This document shows, in pieces, positions 1 through 9,123 of a DNA stretch of 64,000 nucleotides. The notes under the pieces were generated by a model, which was given only the letters and a program-made list of their open reading frames with translations, did not search any database and was not told the DNA's origin. Position numbers and translations under genes: made by a program. The stretch's first letter is position 1; every line of letters starts with the position of its first letter. Origin of the DNA: a virus; the IMG/VR virus record IMGVR_UViG_3300024348_000001, positions 122,055 to 186,054 of that record. One strand, given 5' to 3'.

Positions 1-1
1 C

Positions 2-2281
2 CGCCTTAGACTGGGCAAAAGTTTTAAGCGTTGCAATGCTGCCTTTAGCGTATACGCCGCCAGTTGTAAAAATGCTTTTGTTGTCGCCGTAATTAGTAAT
101 GTTGCCCCCAACTAATAGGTTTACTGGAAGGATTGCGCTGGTTGCGTTAAAACTATACGCAAAATTAACGGTACTGTCTTCGTTGGACGGACCTATAAGG
201 AAATCAACGCTTTTATTGCAGAATACAGCTACACGACTACCGTAGAAATTAATTTGACTGCGTCCTTTGTCAGCGTCCAAATTGATTTGTTTATCCGCTG
301 CCGAACGCAAATACACGTCTCCGCCATATGCAGCAACTACGCTGTCGGGAGCTTTAAATACAATTCCATTTGAAACAACGTCTTGGCCAATGTTGTTTTC
401 GTATTCTTGCAACGAGCCCATTCCCTTGCACTCAACAAGTACACCGCCTTGGCCGCCATTACCTGCCAACATGTGCAAATTGCGTTGTGCTTTAATACGC
501 ACGTCGTTATCAGATGCAGAAATGTCTACAGAAGTTTTAGCTCTCAACACAATCTGATTACCCATAACAACTATGTTTCTTCCGGGTACCAGTTCAATAT
601 CCCCAGCACATTCCAATCGAATTTTACCGCCAACCATTTTGATTGCAGAACCAAAACCGTCGGCTAAAACAACACCGCCATCTTCGAGGAAACACAAGAA
701 AGACGTTGTTTGATAGTACAAGACCTCGGCGTAACGATGATCGATACGCATAGAGCGAGGAGACACCGGTGACATGGTGTTAGCCCCGCCCAATTCTGCA
801 AAATTCAAATTGTCCTGCACTTGTGTAAACGTAGTGCCTTCCGATTCTTCCCGTACCCGGTAATCGTTCTTGTGGTAATGGAAGGGATGCACGCGTTTCC
901 AATTAACTGCATAAGCGATTAATTCATCTACGCCCATAACCCGACGAATGCTTGGATTGTCGTCAGGTACGCGTACATCGCCGACACGATGTTGTGTTGC
1001 GTTACCGAAGTAACCTGAATACCGATAATTATCCGCTTTAGCGTCGTCGCCAGTACCGTCAGCTGCATCTTTGCGCTGCTCCGCAATTGGCATGTTAACA
1101 CGCCGACCTATCATGACGGATTTGGCGCTAAATAAATGGTACGATCCGTCTAATCCAATCCATTCCTCAAACACGCCCTCAGGTGAACGTGCAGAAAGTG
1201 TATTTTTTCCGTCAAAAAGTGGTACGGCAACTTCACGCACATGTCCCTGTCCTAGATATCCGCCGTATTCGCGGTAACGGTAGAATGGGCGGGAATCGGC
1301 CGTGTCTTCTGTGGCACGTGACTCCGTCGTCTCGGGTTTACCGCTTACGTCATATGGCGCATACGGCCACGCCCCTTTGTCAGGATCATCTTGCCGTTTA
1401 AACGCATCAGCATTATTTAAACCGTCAGTGTAGTCACTACCAATTTGCGTATCAGGACGTGACAATCCCAGCGCTTCCCACGGATACGTGGCTACGCCCG
1501 CAACAAAAGTAGATTCGCCTTCATCGTTACCTGTATCAAGTTCGTAGGTTGCGGATTCTACCAATAACTGCTGTCCTGCGATACGTAAGTGGCTATCGAT
1601 CAACGAGCCCCAAATACCGCACATTTCGTTAACACGTAATTGGAACATGTAGTCATCAAGCGAAAATAACAAACCTGTAGCGGTACTAAACACCTTTTCT
1701 TGCGACGTTAGGTCTCGAGGACGGCCTGCTGAAAAATCAAGCGCACTGGCGGCGTTTAAAAGACGTTGCACGGGATACGAATGCACTTGCTCTTGAAACA
1801 TGCCCGACATTCCGCCTTGACTGATAAAGTCGGAATAATTTTTACCTTGAGTTAAATCTTCTAACTTTTTGACGGGATACACCGAAGGAATAGAACCAAT
1901 AATATAACCAAATGGTGAATTTCGAGGCGTATATACCAAAACCGTTGAGCCAGCAGGATACACCGTTGCATCACGTACACCAAACGGCATAAAACTAGCC
2001 GTACTGAGCGAACAACAACGCATCACACCGCGACTATCGTTTAATTGAACGCGATGCCACCCCAGATAAGGAATAGTGTGCGCAACAACACCGATAATGA
2101 GAGATTGACTGCCAAGTACATTGTGTTGTGTCTGCAAAACTCGATTAACGTCTCGCGCGTTAGCGTGAGGACTAATAAACATAGCCTCTAAGTTACGAAG
2201 CGCAGAGTCTAGTTGAGGTACGCTGGAATTGTTGTTATTACCGAAAATATTGTCAGTCGCACCAAGATGCGAGTCATTCAT
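2..2281 (-). CDS. Baseplate spike/hub-like protein (OB-fold N-terminus, gp5/VgrG-like); runs off the window end
   Basis: Absent from the ORF track, consistent with no stop inside the window. Manual translation of both ends from ATG 2281 (or in-frame ATG 2182): ...MFISPHANA...IIGVVAHTIPYLGWHRVQLND...YPAGSTVLVY...GYIIGSIP. It lies directly after the tail tube gene. Confidence 0.55.
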   Translation of the reverse strand, partial: MNDSHLGATDNIFGNNNNSSVPQLDSALRNLEAMFISPHANARDVNRVLQTQHNVLGSQSLIIGVVAHTIPYLGWHRVQLNDSRGVMRCCSLSTASFMPFGVRDATVYPAGSTVLVYTPRNSPFGYIIGSIPSVYPVKKLEDLTQGKNYSDFISQGGMSGMFQEQVHSYPVQRLLNAASALDFSAGRPRDLTSQEKVFSTATGLLFSLDDYMFQLRVNEMCGIWGSLIDSHLRIAGQQLLVESATYELDTGNDEGESTFVAGVATYPWEALGLSRPDTQIGSDYTDGLNNADAFKRQDDPDKGAWPYAPYDVSGKPETTESRATEDTADSRPFYRYREYGGYLGQGHVREVAVPLFDGKNTLSARSPEGVFEEWIGLDGSYHLFSAKSVMIGRRVNMPIAEQRKDAADGTGDDAKADNYRYSGYFGNATQHRVGDVRVPDDNPSIRRVMGVDELIAYAVNWKRVHPFHYHKNDYRVREESEGTTFTQVQDNLNFAELGGANTMSPVSPRSMRIDHRYAEVLYYQTTSFLCFLEDGGVVLADGFGSAIKMVGGKIRLECAGDIELVPGRNIVVMGNQIVLRAKTSVDISASDNDVRIKAQRNLHMLAGNGGQGGVLVECKGMGSLQEYENNIGQDVVSNGIVFKAPDSVVAAYGGDVYLRSAADKQINLDADKGRSQINFYGSRVAVFCNKSVDFLIGPSNEDSTVNFAYSFNATSAILPVNLLVGGNITNYGDNKSIFTTGGVYAKGSIATLKTFAQSKA

Positions 2282-2308
2282 GCAACACCATATAGATCAG
2301 GATAAAGG

Positions 2309-2336
2309 AAAACCCCGTGGTAATAATACCACGGGG
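2309..2336 (-). terminator. Intrinsic terminator after tail tube gene
   Basis: CCCCGTGGTA-ataa-TACCACGGGG 10-bp perfect stem followed by TTTT on the minus strand. Confidence 0.65.
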
Positions 2337-2363
2337 CGCATAATAAGTAACAAACTTTTAAAC

Positions 2364-2840
2364 TTAGTCGCCGGTGTAAGACAGGTCGGCAAACTCAAGT
2401 ACTGAGTTTTCGTTGATAATCAAGTTCTGCGCCTGCACGCTCATACCGATTGAACTGATGACGCATGAATTGAGAAGTACCGAAAACACGCCGCTTGAAA
2501 CTGCGCCTGCGGCAGGACATTGCGCCGAACCAACATTAAGTGCCAGTTGTTTTGGCGAGCAAGCATCGCCGTACGCAGCGTAAAAATTGCGTACGGAAAA
2601 GTTAAAACCAACGATGTGTGCAACGTTGACGTTGCCCTGTGGCTTGCCTTCAACGTAATAAACGTTTGCAGCATTACCGGCAACGCCCAATTCGTACACC
2701 TTCGTAATTGGACGCTGATATTGCAGAGTCAAGCTCTGCATCATCAGTCCGCTAAGTCCACCTGCTGCGGTGATAATGCCCTTGTCGGCACGAAAACCGC
2801 CCGCATACTGTTGAACTTCACGATTAAAAATATTGGCCAT
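2364..2840 (-). CDS. Tail tube protein
   Basis: 158 aa, directly downstream of the sheath gene; QYQRPITKVYELG...YYVEGKPQG pattern typical of tube proteins. Confidence 0.6.
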   Translation of the reverse strand: MANIFNREVQQYAGGFRADKGIITAAGGLSGLMMQSLTLQYQRPITKVYELGVAGNAANVYYVEGKPQGNVNVAHIVGFNFSVRNFYAAYGDACSPKQLALNVGSAQCPAAGAVSSGVFSVLLNSCVISSIGMSVQAQNLIINENSVLEFADLSYTGD

Positions 2841-2868
2841 GTCAAACCTCCTGCCGCGGTAATTCGGA

Positions 2869-5703
2869 TCAAACGATCAGACGTACGGCAATGTTGTTGA
2901 GGGCATACGGAACCGAAATATTGACCGTGACGTTCAACTTGTCCTTAAGCAAACTGTCTTGTACAACGGCAAGATCCGCGTACGCAATCAGCACAGGACC
3001 CGTAGTTGTGGTATTTACAGTAAATGTATCCAGCGATTCACGCAGCGCCAAAGATACACGGTTGATGATGTTTTGGTTGATATTGTAGATGCCGATGAAT
3101 GGATCAAGCACATCGCGTACAGCGTAACTGACATAGTCCACATTACGTGTAACCGATTCTTCACGCTGATTGATGTCGGTATATGCACCGGTCGTGAGTG
3201 CGTGCCGTGCAAAAATCTGGCCGTTGTTACCGTTCTGCGTCACAATGAATACGCCGGAAGCTGCCAACGTATCCAATTGCGCACGGTTGAACTTTACCGT
3301 GGTGCGCGCAGCCCGAGAGTAACCAACGATTTCAACGCGAGTCATTGGTTGCTGTGGAAGCAAGCCGGCAGACAAACCAGCCAAAGACGCTGCAAGGAAA
3401 TAACCTTCCATGACAGTGCCGCTGGATTCGATCGTGTCAGGCCATACTGCGCGAATGCGACGAGAGCCCCAGCTACCAGCATCCAACGCAATTTCAGCCG
3501 CTTCAGCTGTTGCACTGAGTGAACGCCAGATTTCAATCTTAGCCGCGGAATTAACTGGAGCAGCAGGCCCCGAAACAAGTCGCAACTGATCTTCTGACAC
3601 AACTTCAGCAATTGTGTATTCTGAGTAAGTGACGCCACCAAAACCATCGCCTACGTAAACGGCGCGTACAATGTCACCTACACGCACATCGTTGGTGACA
3701 AAATTACCATTAGCGTTAGTGTTGCTGACGATAGTGAATTGAGAACCTGAAGTGTCAGGATCGTCAACAATCGTAGCCAAGCATTCTTCGCCGTCAGAAG
3801 TAGTGGCTGCAATGTGGTTGACTACGGTCGAACCAGCGGACACTACAGGAATCTCTGGAATACCTGCGAGGTTTACCCACAGTACGCGCCACAGTCCGCG
3901 CTCAGGCGACGACAAAGCCGTTACGTGTGCAGCGTAAAGATCCAATACCGTACGGTTGCGGGTCAGCGGCACAAGGTTGTAAACATCGTCGCGACCAAGC
4001 AATGCTTCCAGCACATCGGCCCACGTTGTAGCATCGTCTGGATTACTAACAGCCGTATACCCTACAGCGGTACCATTGCTGTTTTCAAGCGCCTTGAACA
4101 CCCCCCACTTAAGTGGATTGTCTGGGTCAAGTGGTCCAGAAATCGCATCATCAATTTCACCAACGTTGTTAATAAAATTCACTTCGTTAGTAAGAGTTTG
4201 CACCCACGCGCGGTATTCTACATACACAGCGCCGTAATCCTTAGATGCTTCGGAAACAACATCCAAAGGCAATTCAACACCGGAATCGGTCCAAGTTGAA
4301 TCGTAAGCAACCATGCCAGAGTACACACTGAGTTCTGTTTCGCTGGTTTCCCAGTTAATCAGAGGTGCGAATCCAATGCGGTTCTTCGTGACGTTCAACA
4401 CCGGTTTGCGAATGTACAAAGTGACTTCGACGGGATCACCAGCAGCAATACCTGAGTCAAGACTGTGACCAAGTTCGATGGTTTTATAGGCACCCGCAGA
4501 TTCACCTGTGCACGAAATGTAATAACGGTCGCCCTTAACAAGGCCGCGAGATTGACCGAAAGTCAGGGTTACGCCTTTGGTACCAATATTAACAGTGGTG
4601 TTGCTCACCCAGTTTACAAGCACTGTCGTAGGCCCTGAGACATCGCTGCCGTCGTTTGTGGTGACGGAGATTTGTGGGGGCAGTGTATCGATAGCCTTAC
4701 CGCCACGGGTCACCGTAATAATGTAAGTCGTGTCTTTACTTGCGGCATAAGTACCGCCAGCTGTGACACTAACAGCGGCAATGAAGTCAGAAACACTTGC
4801 ACGCCAACGCTGACCGATGATTAAATCATCCGCAGATACGGCGTCAGCCGTAGCCGACGCTGAGCATCCGCCAGCCGCCGAATTGTAAAATTCAACGCGA
4901 AATCCGCGTGTACCGATTGCGGTGCTTTGACCGACTGCTGCGGGCGTAACTTCGGCTACGTCGTCACGGCCAGAGCCTGAGATCACGCGCAATTTAGCGG
5001 TGGTCAAGTCTCCGTTAACAGATCCGCCGGTTACAAGGATGTCATATGTTTCGTTGACATCACCGCTGGCGCGACCTTCGTAGTCGTGAGCAGCGACAAC
5101 GGGGTATACGCAATTGTCAGGGCCAGAAAGTTTAACGATAGATGCGGCATCACTCTGCCACGGTGCGTTGCTTGCGTCAACTTCTACAGTGCCGACAGAA
5201 GAAGCAACAACGTTAGGAACTAATTTCTTGACGTAGGTCCACAATGTCACGGACTGACCGCCGCTGATACCACGAACTTTAACTACGTCGCCGGTTTTAA
5301 CGTCGCGATCGTAGAAATCGGCTGAACGTGGGTAGGCCGTGCCGTTGCTGGCGAACGACTTGGTGTCAGAGATGATGCGGTTGCTAAAACCGTCAACTTT
5401 GGTAATGACTGAACCAGACGACAATCCGTCTTCGTAATATTTAAGAAGAGCGTCTTTGATGTAGACCTTAACGTAACCTTCGTCTACTATGGCGCCAGCA
5501 GGGAGAGTAGGCCACGCATAATTGTTGTCAAGAACGGTATCGTAGTAGCCCAGAAGGCCCTTAGACCGTTCACTTTCTTCCGCATAACGCAATAGATATG
5601 CGTGCGGGCCGGAGATATGGGCGTTCAATGGATTACCATTGGCAACCACAGCTGCTTGAAAATCTTGAAAAACCTGAACTTGCGGAAGAACGTACGTAGC
5701 CAT
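2869..5703 (-). CDS. Contractile tail sheath protein with large inserted beta-rich domains
   Basis: About 945 aa. The C-terminus is sheath-like (LASLAGLSAG, LDTLAASGVFIV, ESVTRNVDYVSYAVR, LNNIAVRL). GGAGG RBS supports ATG 5703. Confidence 0.75.
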   Translation of the reverse strand: MATYVLPQVQVFQDFQAAVVANGNPLNAHISGPHAYLLRYAEESERSKGLLGYYDTVLDNNYAWPTLPAGAIVDEGYVKVYIKDALLKYYEDGLSSGSVITKVDGFSNRIISDTKSFASNGTAYPRSADFYDRDVKTGDVVKVRGISGGQSVTLWTYVKKLVPNVVASSVGTVEVDASNAPWQSDAASIVKLSGPDNCVYPVVAAHDYEGRASGDVNETYDILVTGGSVNGDLTTAKLRVISGSGRDDVAEVTPAAVGQSTAIGTRGFRVEFYNSAAGGCSASATADAVSADDLIIGQRWRASVSDFIAAVSVTAGGTYAASKDTTYIITVTRGGKAIDTLPPQISVTTNDGSDVSGPTTVLVNWVSNTTVNIGTKGVTLTFGQSRGLVKGDRYYISCTGESAGAYKTIELGHSLDSGIAAGDPVEVTLYIRKPVLNVTKNRIGFAPLINWETSETELSVYSGMVAYDSTWTDSGVELPLDVVSEASKDYGAVYVEYRAWVQTLTNEVNFINNVGEIDDAISGPLDPDNPLKWGVFKALENSNGTAVGYTAVSNPDDATTWADVLEALLGRDDVYNLVPLTRNRTVLDLYAAHVTALSSPERGLWRVLWVNLAGIPEIPVVSAGSTVVNHIAATTSDGEECLATIVDDPDTSGSQFTIVSNTNANGNFVTNDVRVGDIVRAVYVGDGFGGVTYSEYTIAEVVSEDQLRLVSGPAAPVNSAAKIEIWRSLSATAEAAEIALDAGSWGSRRIRAVWPDTIESSGTVMEGYFLAASLAGLSAGLLPQQPMTRVEIVGYSRAARTTVKFNRAQLDTLAASGVFIVTQNGNNGQIFARHALTTGAYTDINQREESVTRNVDYVSYAVRDVLDPFIGIYNINQNIINRVSLALRESLDTFTVNTTTTGPVLIAYADLAVVQDSLLKDKLNVTVNISVPYALNNIAVRLIV

Positions 5704-5749
5704 TTTCTGTACCTCCAAGCCTGTATTCGTTATACAACCAAGGCAAAAC

Positions 5750-6463
5750 CTAAGTCAAATTTACGCCGTCCAACAAAGTACTAAGTTTAATACCTTGCAG
5801 ACGCAACGCTTCCTGCCGAATCTTCCATGCTTCCTGATACGCCCAGCCGATAGTCACAGGAATCACAAATGATTCTTTAGCTTCCTCGATTTCGGCAATC
5901 GGTCCAACATCTGTGACAACTAATCTAAATAAATTCAATGTATCCATCAGAACGGGTGCAAACTGTGTAATCTCGCGCTGCACCTCTGTAGCTAAAATTT
6001 CAGCACTTGCACCGGATGCATGAATGCAAAATAACGTATGTGACCCCGCCCACCAAGTTGCGTAACAACTATTACCGTAATCGTCTACACCTGCTTGATC
6101 ACCAACCAACATACGTGTATTTGAATACTGGTTGCGCTTAATCAAAATAGCGGGACGCTTCTCGGCAAGATCACCACGCCAACGGTGAATGCTCTCTATC
6201 AATATACCCGTTGTTAAATCTTCCTTCCAAATGTAACGACGCAAATCGTGCTGTTCTATATTTTCTGCCTGAAAATGCCGCGTTAATAAATCTCTAAAAA
6301 ATCCTGTCAACATGATGGGCTGCAAACCCATCTGACACAGCGAATTAATTTGCAAACCATCTGTCGCACGAGAGCTACGACCTTTGGCCTGTTCGTTATT
6401 ACCGAAGCCCGTACCCTGACTGAGGGAATCCGGCGGGCACCAATTGTCCGGTGTCTGGGTCAC
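5750..6463 (-). CDS. Putative tail completion/terminator protein
   Basis: 237 aa between neck and sheath genes; RPAILIKRN...SHTLFCI...AEILATEV pattern. Confidence 0.45.
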   Translation of the reverse strand: MTQTPDNWCPPDSLSQGTGFGNNEQAKGRSSRATDGLQINSLCQMGLQPIMLTGFFRDLLTRHFQAENIEQHDLRRYIWKEDLTTGILIESIHRWRGDLAEKRPAILIKRNQYSNTRMLVGDQAGVDDYGNSCYATWWAGSHTLFCIHASGASAEILATEVQREITQFAPVLMDTLNLFRLVVTDVGPIAEIEEAKESFVIPVTIGWAYQEAWKIRQEALRLQGIKLSTLLDGVNLT

Positions 6464-6614
6464 GTGTCGTTCCCTTTCCTAGAAGACGCTCCATCAAACG
6501 TTCGTTATCAGGTTCAAACTCTTTCATTCGCATTGTCTCTAGACCAAATTTTAACGCATCACCAGTTTTTTGGGATGCGTTTGCTGCGTTAGTATTATTT
6601 GCGGAACTTGCCAT
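6399..6614 (-). CDS. Small hypothetical protein
   Basis: 71-aa ORF, co-oriented, fills the gap between neck genes. Confidence 0.4.
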   Translation of the reverse strand: MASSANNTNAANASQKTGDALKFGLETMRMKEFEPDNERLMERLLGKGTTRDPDTGQLVPAGFPQSGYGLR

Positions 6615-6620
6615 ATAGCC

Positions 6621-7520
6621 TCACACACAATGAATGCTTTGAAAATCACGTGGAATTTCAATCGTATAAACCGGACTGGTGTACGCAATTGGACGCATTT
6701 CTACTTGCGCCAACAACGGTACTCCACGAATCTCAGCAATGTTTTGCACCGAGTGAATGTAATATCTGTCGTCAGTCTTATCTGAAACCCAAATATCATC
6801 TTCCGACATTAAATCTATTGCGATCATACGCGCCTGTACAATCACGTCGTTAATCGTACCTCTAGCTTGCCCCGCATCTAGTTCGATGTGCCGACGTGCC
6901 GGACTAAGTTCAGCCCAAATACAACTCATCGGATAATAATAGCCACAACGAAAACCAGTACCGTAACAGGTTGGACAATATGCGTCTCGTGGTTCATTAG
7001 TTTGTAAATCTGTGCACACAGGACATCGTTGCCCCGTCCAACGGCGTTTAAGCAGATAACCTTCTTGACCGCCCGGACCCACACGGAAAGCCAAACGATT
7101 TTGTCGGATAATCTCTCGTGCGTGTCGCCATCCACGTCTATCCAGTACACCCAATCCAAAAACAGGCGCAGAGTAATACGTACCCAATGGCGTTGTTAAT
7201 TTTACCCTGTAGTGCGTGTATTGAGTTTTACCCCACACACGTTGTTCTGGATCGATGGCGCAATACTGGTTTTCAACAGGAAGACCTACATTTTCCCAAG
7301 CATCAGTATCGGCGCCAGAAATTGAAGCTACCTGCAATTGAAATACTAACGGACCCGGATCAATAAACGTTTGTAGCAATTCCCACATGATCTTGGAACC
7401 GCCACGGATAACATGACTGACGATAACGCGATCAAATACCGCAGGACATGTCGTACTGCACGGTTGACACGAATTACGATCATCACTTTGTGCGGCATCC
7501 CAGTACATGGTGACCTCCAT
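6621..7520 (-). CDS. Neck/head-closure protein with Cys4 zinc finger
   Basis: LLKRRWTGQRCPVCTD...CPTCYGTGF motif; position in head-tail junction cluster. Confidence 0.55.
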   Translation of the reverse strand: MEVTMYWDAAQSDDRNSCQPCSTTCPAVFDRVIVSHVIRGGSKIMWELLQTFIDPGPLVFQLQVASISGADTDAWENVGLPVENQYCAIDPEQRVWGKTQYTHYRVKLTTPLGTYYSAPVFGLGVLDRRGWRHAREIIRQNRLAFRVGPGGQEGYLLKRRWTGQRCPVCTDLQTNEPRDAYCPTCYGTGFRCGYYYPMSCIWAELSPARRHIELDAGQARGTINDVIVQARMIAIDLMSEDDIWVSDKTDDRYYIHSVQNIAEIRGVPLLAQVEMRPIAYTSPVYTIEIPRDFQSIHCV

Positions 7521-7533
7521 TCAATAAGTGTTT

Positions 7534-8727
7534 TTACCAACCGTATCGAATGGTGTACGAAGATTCCTGAATTCCATAAATTAGTTTAGTGTTAATTTCA
7601 ATTTTCTTGGTCTGACACCATACAGCATATTCTTGCAATAAACGTTGACCTTCTGCCATGTATTCGCGTTCTTTGTTTTTATCGTCAATAGCAACACCAC
7701 CCGCCTGATGCGCTAATCGATTTCGGCGATAATGGTTGGCAGACATTACGTGTAAATGCCCTGCAATAGCTCTGAGCCAAGGTTCACGGTAAGGAAAACT
7801 GCGTGTCGTGTGATAGGCAGAACTGATAGGGGGAGACATTAAATTCCAGTCTTCTACAGGCTTAGTCATGGCGTGCAGAATTTGATCGTCGGAAAACTCT
7901 ACGTCATCTAGAAGGATGTTTTCACTGGCAGACGAATCCATGATCTGTTGTCTAATTTCTTTGATGGTGGGAGGGCCAAAATCCGCAAAAAGGGTTTCGT
8001 TATCTGACGGAAACAAAGACCTTTCTACCAATACGAAAGAATCATCGACGCCAAGAAGTTTGTCTTTACTAGAAAAAACACCCCACGAAATACGATACAA
8101 GCCCGAGTTCTCAACAAGAGCAGCAGGAAGAACGGCCTGCAAAACACCATTAACGGGATCAGGCGAAGTTACAGTCAATTCCCAGTTTGGATTAACGGTA
8201 TCAGACGGACCACTTGCCATAGCTTCTTTGGCTCTGAGTTTGCCGTAGCCTGTAGGACTAGCACTAAGACTTGCCGAATCAGCAATTACAACAATCTCAG
8301 GAAAAATTGAACTTAAATTCATAGGGTTGCCTTTACGGTCCCTGAATATGTGTTCGAGTGTTGCTGTCATACCTTGGGGCACGATGAATGCCTTGGATCT
8401 GGTGGCTATCTTGCAGTCATCAAGTTCAGGAATACCTGCCGTGATGATGGTGCTAAGTTCGCTGACGTCAAACGTGCCTTCGGAAATAATCTGAGTAGCA
8501 GCATTACCCTTCCACTGATAATAGTGCGTGCCGGGTTGAGTTGTCACGAAATCGTACTGGTATTCACCAAAAGCCTTACGCGTAATGGTGCCGGGATAAT
8601 TGGCGTTCTCAAAAGATGTATCAGGCTGCTTAATCGCCAAGATCACTGTGGTGGGGTCTACAGCAATGCCAAGAGCATCCCTGAAAACCACAAGCAGCCT
8701 GACTGTATTTCCAACCATGTAATTCAT
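7534..8727 (-). CDS. Head-tail adaptor with N-terminal Ig-like domain
   Basis: N-terminal ~90 aa are paralogous to 8782..9066. The helical C-terminus (IRQQIMD...LLDDVEFSDDQI) is adaptor-like. Confidence 0.5.
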   Translation of the reverse strand: MNYMVGNTVRLLVVFRDALGIAVDPTTVILAIKQPDTSFENANYPGTITRKAFGEYQYDFVTTQPGTHYYQWKGNAATQIISEGTFDVSELSTIITAGIPELDDCKIATRSKAFIVPQGMTATLEHIFRDRKGNPMNLSSIFPEIVVIADSASLSASPTGYGKLRAKEAMASGPSDTVNPNWELTVTSPDPVNGVLQAVLPAALVENSGLYRISWGVFSSKDKLLGVDDSFVLVERSLFPSDNETLFADFGPPTIKEIRQQIMDSSASENILLDDVEFSDDQILHAMTKPVEDWNLMSPPISSAYHTTRSFPYREPWLRAIAGHLHVMSANHYRRNRLAHQAGGVAIDDKNKEREYMAEGQRLLQEYAVWCQTKKIEINTKLIYGIQESSYTIRYGW

Positions 8728-8781
8728 AGGACGCTCCCTTTGTAGTTACCTAATCCTACCACGGTTGAATTCTTTAAGTAC

Positions 8782-9066
8782 TTACACAAAAGCCGACTCT
8801 GCGACTTTGAACGAACCCTCTACGGCACCTTGCGCCGTTCCAGTTCCTTCCCAGCGATATTTGTGTGTACCCGCTGCCGTGGAAAGAAAATCGTAGTGAA
8901 ATTTACCCGTAGCTGTTTGAGTAATATCCCCGGGATACGTCCATTCAATTACAGTACTGTCAGGCAATTTAATCCTCAGTGTTAAACCCGTAGGATCAAT
9001 AAATGCGCCCGCAGTATTTTGAAACGTCACAAGTAACCGAATTAAATCACCAATCGTGTAATTCAT
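8782..9066 (-). CDS. Stand-alone Ig-like virion domain
   Basis: MNYTIGDLIRLLVTF...DPTGLTLRIKLPD...YPGDIT...GKFHYDF...GTHKYRWEG aligns with the start of 7534..8727. Confidence 0.6.
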   Translation of the reverse strand: MNYTIGDLIRLLVTFQNTAGAFIDPTGLTLRIKLPDSTVIEWTYPGDITQTATGKFHYDFLSTAAGTHKYRWEGTGTAQGAVEGSFKVAESAFV

Positions 9067-9123
9067 GACGCACCTGTTTGTTGTCGGCTGCTGCCTTTTG
9101 TCATGATAATCGCTAAACGGGAA

